Shown: positions 38,501-52,100, counted from the first letter of the stretch. The stretch: DNA of 64,000 nt from Tubiluchus corallicola (GCA_030141605.1 JAQGDQ010000659.1:1-64000), one strand, 5' to 3'. The notes: a model not told the origin generated them from the sequence alone. Program-made: numbers and translations.

Positions 38501-41500
38501 CAACAACCTCGACGGCTTTGCAGAGACTGCTAGATATTTTTAATAAATTTGATAAAGAATATGATATCCTTGTAAATGTGAATAAGACTAAACTTGTCAC
38601 GTTTCGCTGACTAAACTTGTCACGTTTCGCTCTACCCACATGCAGCAGTTTACTTTTGGGTCTGTTATTTTGCAGTGTAAAAGTTTTGTACCTAGTAAAA
38701 AGGAAAAATATCTGGGTCATATTTTATCAGATGACAATAGAGATGATTTAGATATATTACGACAATGTTCAATTTACTATGGTAGAGCAAATAAATTACA
38801 CATGAAAATTTACTCTCTGTTCAGTTAACATGAAGAGACAGTTGTTTAATGCTTACTGCACTACTTTTTATTGTATGTCCACTTGGAGACATTTTTTTCT
38901 TACAGTCTTAGCAACCTCAAGGTTGCATTTAATGTACCAACACGGAAGCTGTTTCACTTTTCATATGATACGAGCGCCAGATATATTTCTACTAGACTTA
39001 ATCTTATTTATTTTGATGTTATTCACAGAAAATGTGTATACAGTTTACACGTCAGGCTGAATAAGAGTGAAAATTTTATGTGCAAGAGCATTTTAAACAG
39101 TGATGTAAACTTTACTTCTGTAATTAGACGTCATTGGCGTAGTTTGTTATATCGTTAATTGTTATTTGTGTTATTGTTGTGTGTCATGATTTATTGTATT
39201 ATCTGTATTAATTTGTGATGTGTATATAAACTTTGTAAAGTTTGAAGTTAAATATTAAATCGAAATCAAATAAGATGCCTCTGCCAAACTTGGCCATATT
39301 AGCACTTTTATCATTCATGTTTGCATAGGTGAAACTTGCTTAACCTGACTTTGTCCATCGGGATTTTTAAGCTATAATGTTTTGTGCACATTTTTGACAT
39401 TGGGCACAACTGGCGTTCATTTTTGCTTTAACTGACGACCAATTTAATTTTGTCAGTTTGTCATTTTCTCGTTGTGGAACTAACCACCGTCTAACTCCCA
39501 AGTTCACAGCGCTCGGTACCTTACTTGCGGCAAATCACAGCAGACTGCAAGCAGTAAACAGGTTTCATTTTAAAACGACTGACACATTATTATTAATTTT
39601 CAACACGTTGCTGCCAATATAATAAGTGCACTGGGCAATGACGGACGCTCTAATGCTGCAAGTTTTGAATGGAAGCTGGGTATATTGTCACTGAGGCGAA
39701 ATGCCATTTACTTTAAATCCGCTCTACATTCCTCTAATTTCTTTAGAGTTTATGTGTAGTGGCTATTATATGTTATAAATATATTATATGAAAAATCTTT
39801 TTTCTTTTAGAAGAAAGGAAGGGACTTATTCGTGATTTGGAACAAGATGTCGAGGATGGAGTTGCTACGGCGAGTAGAAAATGTTTCTTGTTTCAATATT
39901 TCTTGTTTCACTGTTTCTTGTTTCACTGTCTTTTGTTTCACTGTTTCTTGTTTCAGTGTCTTTTGTTTCACTGTTTCTTGTTTTAGTGTCTTTTGTTTCA
40001 CTGTTTCTTGTTTCAGTGTCTTTTGTTTCACTGTTTCTTGTTTCACTGTCTTTTGTTTCACTGTTTCTTGTTTCAGTGTCTTTTGTTTCACTGTTTCTTG
40101 TTTCAGTGTCTTTTGTTTCAGTGTTTCTTGTTTCAGTGTTTCTTGTTTCAGTGTTTCTTGTTTCAGTGTCTTTTGTTTCACTGTTTCTTGTTTCAGTGTT
40201 TCTTGTTTCAGTGTCTTTTGTTTCACTGTTTCTTGTTTCAGTGTTTCTTGTTTCAGTGTCTTTTGTTTCAATGTTTCTTGTTTCACTGTTTCTTGTTTCA
40301 GTGTCTTTTGTTTCAATGTTTCTTGTTTCACTGTTTCTTGTTTCAGTGTCTTTTGTTTCAATGTTTCTTGTTTCACTGTTTCTTGTTTCAGTGTCTTTTG
40401 TTTCACTGTTTCTTGTTTCACTGTCTTTTGTTTCACTGTTTCTTGTTTCAGTGTCTTTTGTTTCACTGTTTCTTGTTTCAGTGTCTTTTGTTTCACTGTT
40501 TCTTGTTTCAGTGTTTCTTGTTTCAGTGTCTTTTGTTTCACTGTTTCTTGTTTCAGTGTTTCTTGTTTCAGTGTCTTTTGTTTCAATGTTTCTTGTTTCA
40601 CTGTTTCTTGTTTCAGTGTCTTTTGTTTCAATGTTTCTTGTTTCACTGTTTCTTGTTTCAGTGTCTTTTGTTTCAATGTTTCTTGTTTCACTGTTTCTTG
40701 TTTCAGTGTCTTTTGTTTCACTGTTTCTTGTTTCAGTGTTTCTTGTTTCAGTGTCTTTTGTTTCACTGTTTCTTGTTTCAGTGTCTTTTGTTTCACTGTT
40801 TCTTGTTTCACTGTTTCTTGTTTCATTGCTTCTTGTTTCAATGTTTCTTGTTTCAGTGTTTCTTGTTTCAGTGTCTCTTGTTTCACTGTTTCTTGTTTCA
40901 CTGTTTCTTGTTTCAGTGTCTCTTGTTTCAATGTTTCTTGTTTCAGTGTTTCTTGTTTCAGTGTCTTTTGTTTCACTGTTTCTTGTTTCAGTGTCTTTTG
41001 TTTCACTGTTTCTTGTTTCAGTGTCTTTTGTTTCACTGTTTCTTGTTTCAGTGTCTTTTGTTTCACTGTTTCTTGTTTCACTGTTTCTTGTTTCATTGCT
41101 TCTTGTTTCAATGTTTCTTGTTTCACTGTTTCTTGTTTCAGTGTCTCTTGTTTCACTGTTTCTTGTTTCAGTGTTTCTTGTTTCAGTGTCTTTTGTTTCA
41201 CTGTTTCTTGTTTCAGTGTTTCTTGTTTCAATGTTTCTTGTTTCAGTGTTTCTAAGCCTCGTCAAAATGGCACCAAACAACCTGGGATGTTCTTGAAGGA
41301 AATAATATAAATTATAATAATATAGATGTGGATGCGCCCAAACAAATATTACCAGAAACGGCAGTACGGCTTTGATTTGGTGCAATAAACCTGAAATAAA
41401 TTTATTTTATAAAATACAAAAATCAAAAAACAAGAAGAAAATAGTAACTGGAGAAATTTAGCGGAAAAAAAACAAAAATCAAGCAGTAGTGATTAACAAA

Positions 41501-44380
41501 TATGCAAATGAGTTGAAAAAAGCGATTATAGGTAGATTTAGTATTTTGCATTTAAAATCAAATGCTGGTTTGCAAAATATTAGCAATAGATCACATAAAA
41601 CATTAATAACGTCACTACGTGATAATTAGTACTAAAAGTAGTTATGGCTACTTACGATTTTAGTGGCCTTGTTTAAACATCACATTTGTCACTAAGAAGT
41701 AAACGAAAATATGATTCGAAAATCAGAACTGTATGTACATGCTACATGACAGAGTATGTACGAAAATGAGAATGACAGGACTACAGAGCATAGAGAAGAG
41801 AGTACAGAGTCGTGATTCATTTCAAGTGTTAATGTATATACAGTCGCATTCATAATAGGGAAGGAGTTAGAATTCCTTATACAATTTAAATATCCCAACC
41901 CTAAACTTAATCCTAACCCTAATGCTAACTCACTGCTAACCGTATCTCTAACCCTTACCCCAACCTAACCCTAATCCCAACCCTGATCTTAATCCTAATC
42001 CTAATCCACTTAATGAACTCTTTAGTCTAATAGTCTTTAGTCTTTAGACTTCCCGTAATTCCTCGCTGGCTTTGCACTGTTAATAAGGTAATAAAATCAC
42101 AGAATGACAATATTGTACTGCACAAATTGCATTATTATTCGCTAGGTGTAGCATAAGTCAGTTGCATTCAAAGTTTTGAGTTTCTAAATAAGATCTTTAA
42201 ATTTAGTATTTTGACTTAATACATGTTGTATATATACACAGTGTTAAAAGAGGTTCAAATATTTGTAGACCCACAATTTTTCAAACTGTTCATTTTTCTA
42301 AATTTGGTTGCCAATTGTTGTTGTTGGTGGTGGTGTTGTTTGCTGTTGTTTGGTATTGATGTTGTTGTAGGTGTTGGTGTCATTTGGCATTGTTGTTGTT
42401 GTTGTTGATGTTATTTGGTGTTGTTGTTGGTGGTGGTGTTGTTTGCTGTTGTTTGGTATTGATGTTGTTGTAGGTGTTGGTGTCATTTGGCATTGTTGTT
42501 GTTGTTGTTGATGTTATTTGGTGTTGTTGTTGTTGGTGTTGTTGTTTTGTATTGATGTTGTTGTTGTTTTTATCAATTTTCTATTTTGTAGATTCAAGAA
42601 ATGAACTTGGAATGCAGAAGGGCACCACCGACTTACAGAACTCGAATGACAAACAAAGTTAACAGTTACCGCAAGGATCTGGACAGATTAGTCAGAGACG
42701 TGGTAAAAATTTACAAACATTAGCCATAAAAGTACTTATTTGTGTTATTAATTTCAAAATAGCTGTTTAGTAAAGCTGCAGTTATTAAATTTTTAAAAAC
42801 GCGCATAAATTAGTGAAGTGCGAAAAACATGGGATAGAGCTTAGACTTCGACCAGGCTCTCCTTTGTCCCCAGTTCAAATGAAGTCTGAGTCATTTTTTT
42901 CATGTTTTTTTCTTCTATTTTGTTCGGGTTTTTATATAATTTTGGGTTTAATACATTTTTTGTTCAATTAAAAATACTAAAAATACTGATTAAAATACCA
43001 AAAAAACTAAATTTGCCTTTGATTTCTTTTATTTAAAATTCTGCACTAAAGAAACAAGAGGGCATGGCACTTCCGTGGAGCACTACGAAGTAGTTGTGGC
43101 TCCATCTTTTGGCAACAATTACAAGCTCAGTAGCATATTTTCTAGGCATTTAATACACTTGTAATGCAGCTGACGTTGTTGTAAACTTCTTGGTCTGCAT
43201 TTTTTGTTATAGAAAAGTTTAGCCTCTCATGGCGAAGGCGAAGCTAGGCCGTCACTGATTGGTTATAATCCCAATTCAGAAATTGAGGTAAGTGAATAAA
43301 AAATCAATAAATGTGCTGCTTGCAAAGCAAAGCCGTCCGTAAGTCGGCGTAGTTAGAACTACGTTATGATGCTTCAAAGTAGAAAGCGCCAAACATTTGG
43401 TCAAATGTTGATTTTTTATTTTTTATGAAAACAAATGCTAAATATATTTGGCTTTTATATTCTAGCATCAAATTATCAGGAAAATGTCTAAAAAATACTA
43501 AAAATTTAATTTTTTGACTCCTTGCCCACTTTTCCGTTTAGAAACTAGTACCGCAATTGTGAAAAACTTGTATTTTCTAACTCCGATTGTAGCTCGTGGA
43601 AGCTGTCATTTTGCTTCGTGTTTTTTTCTGTTGACAAGACCAGATCTTCACATCTACTGGAGTTAAAAATAACTACAATTTGCTCTTGTAAAGTCCATAG
43701 CAACCACACTTTCTTATGGTTGCTAAGTGTTTTGTGGAAACGAGACAAAAAACAATGGCTGACTTTAACATTGATTTTCTCAAGATTATGTTTTTCAGTG
43801 CTCAGCCTGCACCTCAACTTCAACGTGGATTATCTCAGCTTAGAAATAACATAGAGCAATGAACTTGGTATCAAAATGATCCTCATGAAATGAAGATTCA
43901 TGATATTTGAATAACTAGAAAAGCTTAATTGCCGACTTATGAACGATTTTGCTATGCAACCACACAAATCGTATTGCTAATCTACAGTTTATTAACTAAC
44001 AAAATATTCTGTTAATCTAACCGATTAATTTTTTCCATAATTTTCTTGTGTCGTCATGGAAACCCTGAATTTTTCTCTCATCCACAAGAACCCGAAGGTC
44101 TCGAAAATTTTGCTCACATGGCTTTGAATTTGGAGGGTCCTTCCGCATTCTCAAATGTACGTGTGAGAACTGGCTCAACCGAGAAGGTTAATTGAAGTTA
44201 AGCAGCGTGCAGACTGGTCAGTAAATGGATCGGTGATCACCAGGAGTAAAAAACATGCTATTCTTGAATTAAATGCATAGCAGAACATAGAATGGAGTTA
44301 CTTTTTTGAATTTCCACCAATACAACAATATAATAATAATTATAATAATAATAATAGTAATAATAGTAGTAGTAGTAGTG

Positions 44381-44441
<61 letters not shown>

Positions 44442-46148
44442 CAGTAGTACAAGTAGTAACAGTAGTAGTAGTACAGCAGCAGCAGCAGCAGCAGTAGTAG
44501 TAATAATAAAAACAAGTCAAATAGTACAATTGTAGTCATCTCAGAGTAACAAATTTATCTCTTTTTATGTGATCTGAAGTTTTACAGTTTCTATTTTTGC
44601 AGCGTTTAGAAGCCGCGCAACGAGGTCGCCTGGCTAAAGGCACCGACACGTTAAATCGGGCGTCTGACAGCATTGCTCGATCTCAAGCCGTTGCCGTGGA
44701 AACCGAACAGATCGGGGAAGGCATCGTGGACGAGTTGGGCGGTCAGCGGGAAAGTTTGTTGCGCACAAGAGACAGGGTAGGTGTATAAACTTCGTACAAG
44801 ATGCACAATGCAAAATGGCTGAGTTGTAATTTGTTACAGATAGATGGCAGTGGCATCGGATGTGGAAGGATTGCTTGCTTTAAGTACAAGTTTGTTTGTG
44901 GAGCCAAGCAAGTCCATGAAATACGCATTGTTATTGTTAACATCTCTAGTGTAAAGGCATAACCCTGATAATGAGCCAAGTTTCCGTGTCATCGCAGTAG
45001 ATCCCCAATGCATGGAATGTTGGGCTCCGTGTTGAGTGTTGCCAAACTTCAGCTCTTTTGTGGATGCTGTTTTGATGAAGTGACGTATATTTTCGTACAT
45101 TAATGACCTCATTTTGTTTTCTAGCTGGTGGATACTGAAGAAAACCTCTCAAGAAGTCGAAAAATACTGCGGACCATGTACAGGAGGTAGGTCAAGGTCA
45201 CTTGCTAATGTTCAAGGTCAAGTTCACTTGTTAATGTTCAAGGTCATGTTGGCTTAGTAAGTATGAATGTAAACCATGCATTGACTAGGTACAGTGGAAC
45301 GGGTAGTAAATAAGGTCAAGGTCAAACTGAGAAGTAGCTACAGAAGACAGGCTGAGTCCATAGGAACTTTCAGGTCAAGGTCAAACTGATGTCGATGTAC
45401 AAAAGATACGTAAGGGTCAAGTTCAAGCTTAATTTGTGACAAAATTTGCTTGCATTAAATAATTTTCCCTCGTGCTGAGTGAATTTTTTATAAGGAATAC
45501 ACGATTTTCCCAATTTTTCCCTATTAACATCTGGACTATTACATTAGTAAACCAACTTACTGTTCACAAAGCACACTGTACTGTACTGTAAAGCACACTC
45601 TCACTCACTCACTCTCTCCCTTTCTCATTCACTCTCTCACTTTCTTTGTTTCCCCCTTTCTCTCACTCTCACAATTTCCCCCGTCTCTGTCTCTCTCACT
45701 CTGGCAGGTTCTCTCGCAAATTGTTTCACGCGTGAACAGTTTGGCAGGTTCTCTCGCAACCTGTTGCACGCGTGGACAACCTGGCAAGTTCTCTCGCAAC
45801 CTGCTGCACGCGCGAACGGCCTGGCAAGTTCTCTCGCAACCTGTTGCACGCGTGAACGGCCTGGCAAGTTCTCTCGCAACCTGTTGCATGCGTGAACAGC
45901 GTGGCAAGTTCTCTCACAACTTGTTGCACGTGTGAACGGCTTAGCAAGATTTCTCACAAATTGTTAATTGTCTGTGCCATTGTCACCATTCTTAAAACTA
46001 CAACCATTGTTTTTCATTGTTTCTTAACTGTTACTATAGCAACAATTTTTGTTATAGAGTTATGACCAATAAGCTGATACTGGCTGTGATAATTGTACTG
46101 GAAGTTTGCATTCTTGGTGGTTTGACGTATTGGAAGTTCTTCACGTAA
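35509..46148 (+). CDS. VTI1B: Vesicle transport through interaction with t-SNAREs 1B (Qb-SNARE), complete, 7 exons, ~223 aa
   Basis: Exons 35509-35608, 39811-39869 (GC donor), 42592-42702, 43213-43287, 44603-44776, 45125-45186 and 46058-46148 join in frame: MSSERYETLEEDL...EERKGLIRDLE...YRKDLDRL...LNRASDSIARSQAVAVETEQIGEGIVDELGGQRESLLRTRDRLVDTEENLSRSRKILRTMYRRVMTNKLIL + C-terminal TM. AATAAA near 47157. Confidence 0.92.
36434..37408. mobile_element. Fold-back element with ~330-bp inverted arms
   Basis: 36434-36762 is the reverse complement of 37080-37408, with a ~320-bp spacer bounded by (TA)n. Confidence 0.75.
38380..39260 (+). pseudogene. Degraded non-LTR retrotransposon RT fragment (RTEX-like), 5'-truncated
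   Basis: FNHLMYADDICLL (YADD), KYLGHILSDD..DD.DILRQ, KRQLFNAYC spread over several frames. A 23-bp tandem duplication at 38586-38632 shifts the frame. Confidence 0.85.
39882..41251. repeat. 15-bp minisatellite (TGTTTCTTGTTTCAC/G variants), ~90 units
   Basis: Tandem array starting 12 nt into VTI1B intron 2; it explains five long overlapping ORFs. Confidence 0.97.
41894..42006. repeat. Degenerate (CCCTAA)n-like tract
   Basis: CCTAAC/CCTAAT/CCCAAC hexamers. Confidence 0.6.
42315..42568. repeat. (TGT)n-rich tract with a ~100-bp higher-order period
   Basis: Visible tract immediately before VTI1B exon 3. Confidence 0.9.
43312..43966. mobile_element. ~650-bp unclassified TIR element
   Basis: TGCTTGCAAAGCAAAGCCGTCCGTAAGTCGGC ... 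GCCGACTTATGAACGATTTTGCTATGCAACCAC; homologous to 57738-58320. Confidence 0.7.
44160..44245 (+). mobile_element. Highly decayed 5S-like/SINE head
   Basis: TGAAGTTAAGCAGCGTGCAGACTGGTCAGTAAATGGATCGGTGATCACCAGGA resembles the 5S A-box to C-box region. Confidence 0.5.
44325..44508. repeat. (TAA)/(TAG)/(CAG)n microsatellite
   Basis: Visible tract. Confidence 0.95.
45701..45965. repeat. 40-bp minisatellite, ~6.5 copies
   Basis: Unit GGCAAGTTCTCTCGCAACCTGTTGCACGCGTGAACGGCCT. Confidence 0.93.
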
Positions 46149-46478
46149 CACTTGAGAAAAATCTACACAGCATTGTTGAAGAAACTGATAAAACTACAGA
46201 TTACATTCACGTGTATTTTAGTTAAAGCATTCCTATATAAAAATCTTTCAGTTGATACCACAAGATGTCTCTCTGATGGGGAGAGGAAATCATTTGCAGT
46301 TACTACGCTTTAGTGTGTTTTGATACACTTAATTGGACTTTGGAGTTATGTAAATTGTTCAGTCAAGCCTTGAAACCGTTGAAGTATGGCAGATGTTGAC
46401 TCCAGTTAAGCCTGGAAATCATTGACGTATGGTAACAGATGTTGATCGATTGCCTTTCCTTAGTGCTTTCTCTCTCTT

Positions 46479-46951
46479 TTAGTCCCTCCGGCCTGCTTCG
46501 TTAGTCCCTCCTGTCTGCTTCGTTAGTCCCTCCTCTCTGCTTCGTTAATCCCTCCTGTCTGCTTCGTTAGTCCCTCCTGTCTGCTTCGTTAATCCCTCCT
46601 CTCTGCTTCGTTAATCCCTCCTGTCTGCTTCGTTAGTCCGTCCTGTCTGCTTCGTTAGTCCCTCCTGTCTGCTTCGTTAGTCCCTCCTGTCTGCTTCGTT
46701 AGTCCCTCCTGTCTGCTTCGTTAGTCCCTCCTGTCTGCTTCGTTAATCCCTCCTGCCTGCTTCGTTAGTCCCTCCTCCTGCCTGCTTCGTTAGTCATTCC
46801 GGCCTGCTTCGTTAATCCCTCCTGCCTGCTTCGTTAAGCCCTCCTGCCTGCTTTGTTAATCCTTCCCGACAGCTTTGTTAATCCCTCCTGTCTGGTTCGT
46901 TAATCCCTCCTGTCTGCTTCTTTAATCCCTCCTGTTTGCTTCGTTAGTCCC
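46479..46951. repeat. 22-bp minisatellite in the probable VTI1B 3' UTR
   Basis: Unit TAGTCCCTCCTGTCTGCTTCGT, between the stop (46148) and AATAAA (~47157). Confidence 0.93.
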
Positions 46952-47327
46952 TTATTTACTTTATGAAATGTTGTCTATACAGGTAATGTTGTGTGTAATT
47001 CTCAATCAGTCTTATTTTATTGTACAAATTTCTAAATGGTTAAATTCAGCTAACGAGCTGTTTTGTTGAGAATAATCATCTATTTGTCTTTCTATATCAT
47101 CAGTGTTCTTACAGAGACGTTGATGCGTGTAAAATGTTGTTAATAAGTTTGTTTTCAATAAATATGATTTCTTTTTACGGACTGGTGTTCATGAGTGAAT
47201 GAAACTGGTATATTCTCTACAGAGAGTTCGCAGAATGGTCACTGCTACAGACTGAAGATTTACGGAATGGTCGCTCAATGGTCAGACTGGAAGTTCACGG
47301 AACGGTCACTCATTGCTACATGGAAAT

Positions 47328-47867
47328 CCCAGTCTGCAGCAAGTGACCTTTCCGTGAACTCCCACTCTGCGGCAGTGACCTTTCCGTGAACACCCAGTCT
47401 GTGGCAGCGACCTTTCCGTGAACTCCCAGTCTGCGGCAGCGACCTTTCCGTGAACTCCCAGTCTGCGGCAGCGACCTTTCCGTGAACTCCCAGTCTGCGG
47501 CAGTGACCTTTCCGTGAACTCCCAGTCTGCGGCAGCGACCTTTCCGTGAACTCCCAGTCTGCGGCAGCGACCTTTCCGTGAACTCCCCGTCTGAGGCAAG
47601 TGCCCTTTCCGTGAACTCCCAGTCTGTGGCAGCGACCTTTCCGTGAACACCCAGTCTGTGGCAGCGACCTTTCCGTGAACTCCCAGTCTGCGGCAGTGAC
47701 CTTTCCGTGAACTCCCAGTCTGTGGCAGCGACCTTTTCGTGAACTCCCGGTCTGCGGCAAGTGCCCTTTCCGTGAACTCCCGGTCTGCGGCAGCGACCTT
47801 TTCGTGAACTCCCGGTCTGCGGCAGCGACCTTTCCGTGAACTCCCGGTCTGCGGCAGCGACCTTTCC
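47328..47867. repeat. 32-bp minisatellite
   Basis: Unit CAGCGACCTTTCCGTGAACTCCCAGTCTGCGG. Confidence 0.95.
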
Positions 47868-48714
47868 TTTCTCACCTGTGTGGCAGGAACAAGCTAGCAA
47901 AACATGCCGGTGACGAATAACAACTTAAACAAAGAAAATTCAAATCTAAGCCAAAATTTCCTTTTAATTTGCATGAATTAGTCACAGAAACATGAAATAT
48001 AATGAACATGTATATAAGCAGGTGCATAAAATTAGGTTAAATAATTTATCAACTGGAAAAATATTTGATCACATGACTCAAGCGAAGAAAATAAACACAA
48101 TTTAAGATAAGAAGGAACAAAACCTACCCTAATAATATACAAAAATTAAAAATGATCTAATCATTTGTTCATCATTAATTATAATTCAGCAGCATTACTT
48201 AATTTAAGGTAACATAATGACAAATTTTCATAAATTACTCTCATGCATAATAAATACGAACAAATAGCACAAGCGTTCGTGACCGTAGTCAGAATACGAA
48301 TATAGTTTTTTTTTGGTTTTTGTATTTTCTAGATTACCTAAACCATTAAATCCGCACATTCAAAGTGGAATTAGCCTGAAAATATGGCTACAGAAGATTT
48401 TTAGTATTAGTGCACAAGTGAAATATAAGCAAAAGGACAGTCAAACATCGTTATAAGCCTCGTCAATAGCAAAGTCGCTTAACACCTAAATTTTTCGCCA
48501 AACAACAAAATGTTCCTTATATAGACATGTACGTATTAAAACGTCAACTTTTTTGCAGTTCCAAAGTAGGCAGTGTAGAAAGCCTGATTGTAATTATAAT
48601 AGTTAAATAGGCAAAGTCATAAAATGTGTTTGTCACGATCATACTCACAGAACACGGCCTCTACGAATGCAATTCCAGTTGTGATTTCTATGTCTTAAAC
48701 ACAGAAGAAAATTT

Positions 48715-49124
48715 TCTTCAAGGAAGCCATGTTCTTGGATTCAGTTTACATAGCTAGTTTAAGCAGGTGTAATTATAAGCTGAACTATTCTCGAGGAAAC
48801 CATGTTTTCGTGTGAAGCCATGTTTGTAGATTCAATTTACGTAGCTAGTTTAAGCAGGTGTAATTATAAGCTGAACTATCTTCAAGGAAACCATGTTTTT
48901 GTGCGAAGCCATGTTTGTAGATTCAATTTACGTAGCTATTTTAGGCTGGTGTAATTATAAGCTGAACTATCTTCAAGGAAACCATGTTTTCGTGTGAAGC
49001 CATGTTTGTAGATTCAATTTACGTAGCTAGCTTAAGCAGGTGTAATTATAAGCTGAACTATCCCCGAGGAAACCATGTTTTTGTGCGAAGCCATGTTCAT
49101 AGATTCAATTTACGTAGTTTAAGC
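48715..49124. repeat. 91-bp tandem repeat (~4.5 copies) in the DYNC1H1 3' UTR
   Basis: AGGAAACCATG at 48794, 48885, 48976 and 49067. Confidence 0.93.
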
Positions 49125-49137
49125 GGCGGTTCACTGT

Positions 49138-52100
49138 TCAAGCAAGGTTGGTTGAACAGATCAAAGCAACGCCACGTTCGTAAAAGCTATGTTCATCCAC
49201 TCCACCGGATGCCTCCATGTCAACGGTAAACAGCAGCTCCGTGCGAGCGGAGTTCAGGTAGACCGGAAGCATGATCTGCAAGGAGAAATTAATGATACTA
49301 AAAATGAAGAATCCATAATGGAAAATGTTGATTGTGACAATTTCAAATCAGTTTGCGCACTCTATGGACACAGTCCATTGTTCCGCGAGCTGACCGCTAA
49401 TTGGTGCGCCGTCACTTGGGTTTACATCACGTACATCAGTGTAACCATGTGCATATCTCTATGTATAAAAATATAGAATCAATTGTGTGGAGTTATTTGA
49501 GTCAATTTGAGACAGTTTTTATTTACTTTTGCATAGGAGTGGCCAGTACTTAGACGTTTTTGAGACAATTAGGCAATTAATTCTACATTACCGCGAGTCT
49601 AATACACGGCGCCTATTATATTAGCGAGCCGCCACTGGTTTTCACGTAGTGAGCCGCCACCGGTTTCCAAGTATGAGCCGCCACAGGTTTCCAAGTATGA
49701 GCCACCACTGGTTTTCAAGTATAAGCCGCCACTGGTTTTCACGTAGTGAGCCGCAACTGGTTTTCAAGTATGAGCCGCCATTGGTTTCCACGTAGTAAGC
49801 CGCCAATGGTTTTCAAGTATGAGCCGCCACTGGTTTTCACGTAGTGCGCCGCCACTGGTTTTCACGTAGTGTGCCGCCACTGGTTTTCACGTAGTGTGCT
49901 GCCACTGGTTTTCACGTAGTGGGCCGCCACTGGTTTTCACGTAGTGCGCCGCCACTGGTTTTCACGTAGTGCGCCGCCACTGGTTTTCACGTAGTGCGCC
50001 GCCACTGTTTTTCACGTAGTGCGCCGCCACTGGTTTTCACGTAGTGAACCGCCACTGTTTTTCACGTAGTGTGCTGCCACTGGTTTTCACGTAGTGAACC
50101 GCCACTGGTTTTCACGCAGTGAACCGCCACTGGTTTTCACATAGTGCGCCGCCACTGGTTTTCACATAGTTTTGAACTTTGTTTTCTAAACCAGTCATTC
50201 TGAAAGTCCCCTGCACATTTTACACACAAATTTGATCGTAATTAGTTGCTTTAAAAGCACCCACCTTGTTAGCTTTGTCTTTCAGCTGGTCAGTTTTCAC
50301 CCAGCGCAATTTGGTCAGCGGCAGACTGGTCAAGATTGTCGCCACCAGATGGAGCTTGTTGCTCTTACAGTTTGCCCCTTGCAGCTTCAATCCTGAATGA
50401 AAAAAAAACGATAATTCCGTAATTAACCAGAAAAATAGCAAGGATCACAGTAATCAGAGTTTACCTTATTAGTTCGAAGCAGGTAGTTGAATAAATCATT
50501 ACTGATATATCGTGTGGCGCAGAAAAAATGTGCCTAAGTTTGACTGCGATAATTTAGAGAAGAGTTTAACATTTTCCAGTGTTTTCTGTGTCCCAATGTT
50601 CCACTACATATTTGTTCAGTTTTTTAGTAAATTATTAACTATTTATTACAGTTTCCTGTTCGCAACACCCGTATGATTCAATGATATTTGTCACACACTT
50701 AGTTGTAGTTTTTGTTAATTTATTTATAAAATTCATGTACGAGGCACCATTTGTCGCAGTATTGTCAAGTTTTTAGTTTCAAGTGAGCTTTCAATGAGTT
50801 ACCTGTGACCCACTTATCTGTGCTCTATCTGTGCAGTAAAATAGTCGAGGTAAACCACTTATATGGGATATTTCTGTGTGGAATTTCCTTGCAATAAACC
50901 ACAGTCGAATCTTTCTATACCACCTACTTAAACGGCACAGTAAAAAAGTTGGCATTATAGCAAGTCTGGAGCTATAATGAGATGCATTAATATGTACGCG
51001 TCTAAAGAAATACACTCATATCTCGGTTTGCCGGACAAAAGCGGGGAGACGTCGGTCCGAATTTGCCGATTGTCCGTATTTTCGGATACTAAGATAATAC
51101 AGTAGGCCCAGTGTATTAGACTCACGGTTTTCATAGGACCGCTCCTATGCAAAAGTACATAAAAACTGTCGGCATTTGACCTAAATAACTCTGCATAATT
51201 GATTCTGTATTTTTGAGTATAATTAATTATACTATAATTAAACGGACTGACATACATGCTGTCGTCACACGCTGCTAGGTTACACTGATGTAACGATGTA
51301 GAGAAAGTGGCGGCCCACCAACTAGCGGCCAGCTCACGAAACGAAACGTATACGGGGCTTTTCAACGGTCCAGTTTTTGTCCAATTTTTCCGAAATCCGT
51401 AAAACAGGGACGAGAATGACAAATTGCAAAAAACTCTGAAACAGGACGGGGTTTTGAGGCCACCTAGGCCCCCCCCCCCAATGGGGTTCAAGCACAAATT
51501 GCAATTTTCTGACCACAGAGAGCCTCTAAGTGGACTTAAAATATCAGTTACCTTGTTTCATGCAAAATTTAAAATACCCAACTATCAAGGATACATGATA
51601 CCTAATTGTCTAAAAAACACCTAAGTACTGGCCGCTCCTATGCAAAAGTATATAAAAACTGTCTGCAATTGACTCAAATAACTCAGCACAATTGATTCTA
51701 TATTTTTATACATAGAGATATACACGTGGTTACACTGATGTACGTGATGTAAACAAAGTGCGGCCTGCCATCTAGCGGTCAGCTCGTGAAATAATGTACT
51801 GGCTCCGTAAAAATTTTCTCAACGAATTTACGCGATTTACAAAAATGGCACTACTGGTCTTCCAGGAACTCGGAATTCCACGTATCCGCGGAAAATTCTC
51901 ATCCCTGGTAAAAGAGAAGTCCGGCAAACCGAGAATGTGAGTGTATGCATGTTTTGTTTTGCTAAAAATCTAAACCCTGTCTTTTAGTCAGTGTGTAACA
52001 TGTATATTTTGCTCTAGATTAATCTGTTAATAGCCCATCCTTATAATGCACTACATCATGGTTTAAAAGAGCCCACTGGTTAGGCTATGAATTTTTACAA

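Noticed and set aside
39807-41385. 420-506-aa KQETV/ETRNS repeat ORFs
   Set aside because: 15-bp array open in five frames inside VTI1B intron 2, with no unique domains.
47275-47900. 161-194-aa ORFs
   Set aside because: 32-bp repeat, not a multiple of 3, cycling through frames.
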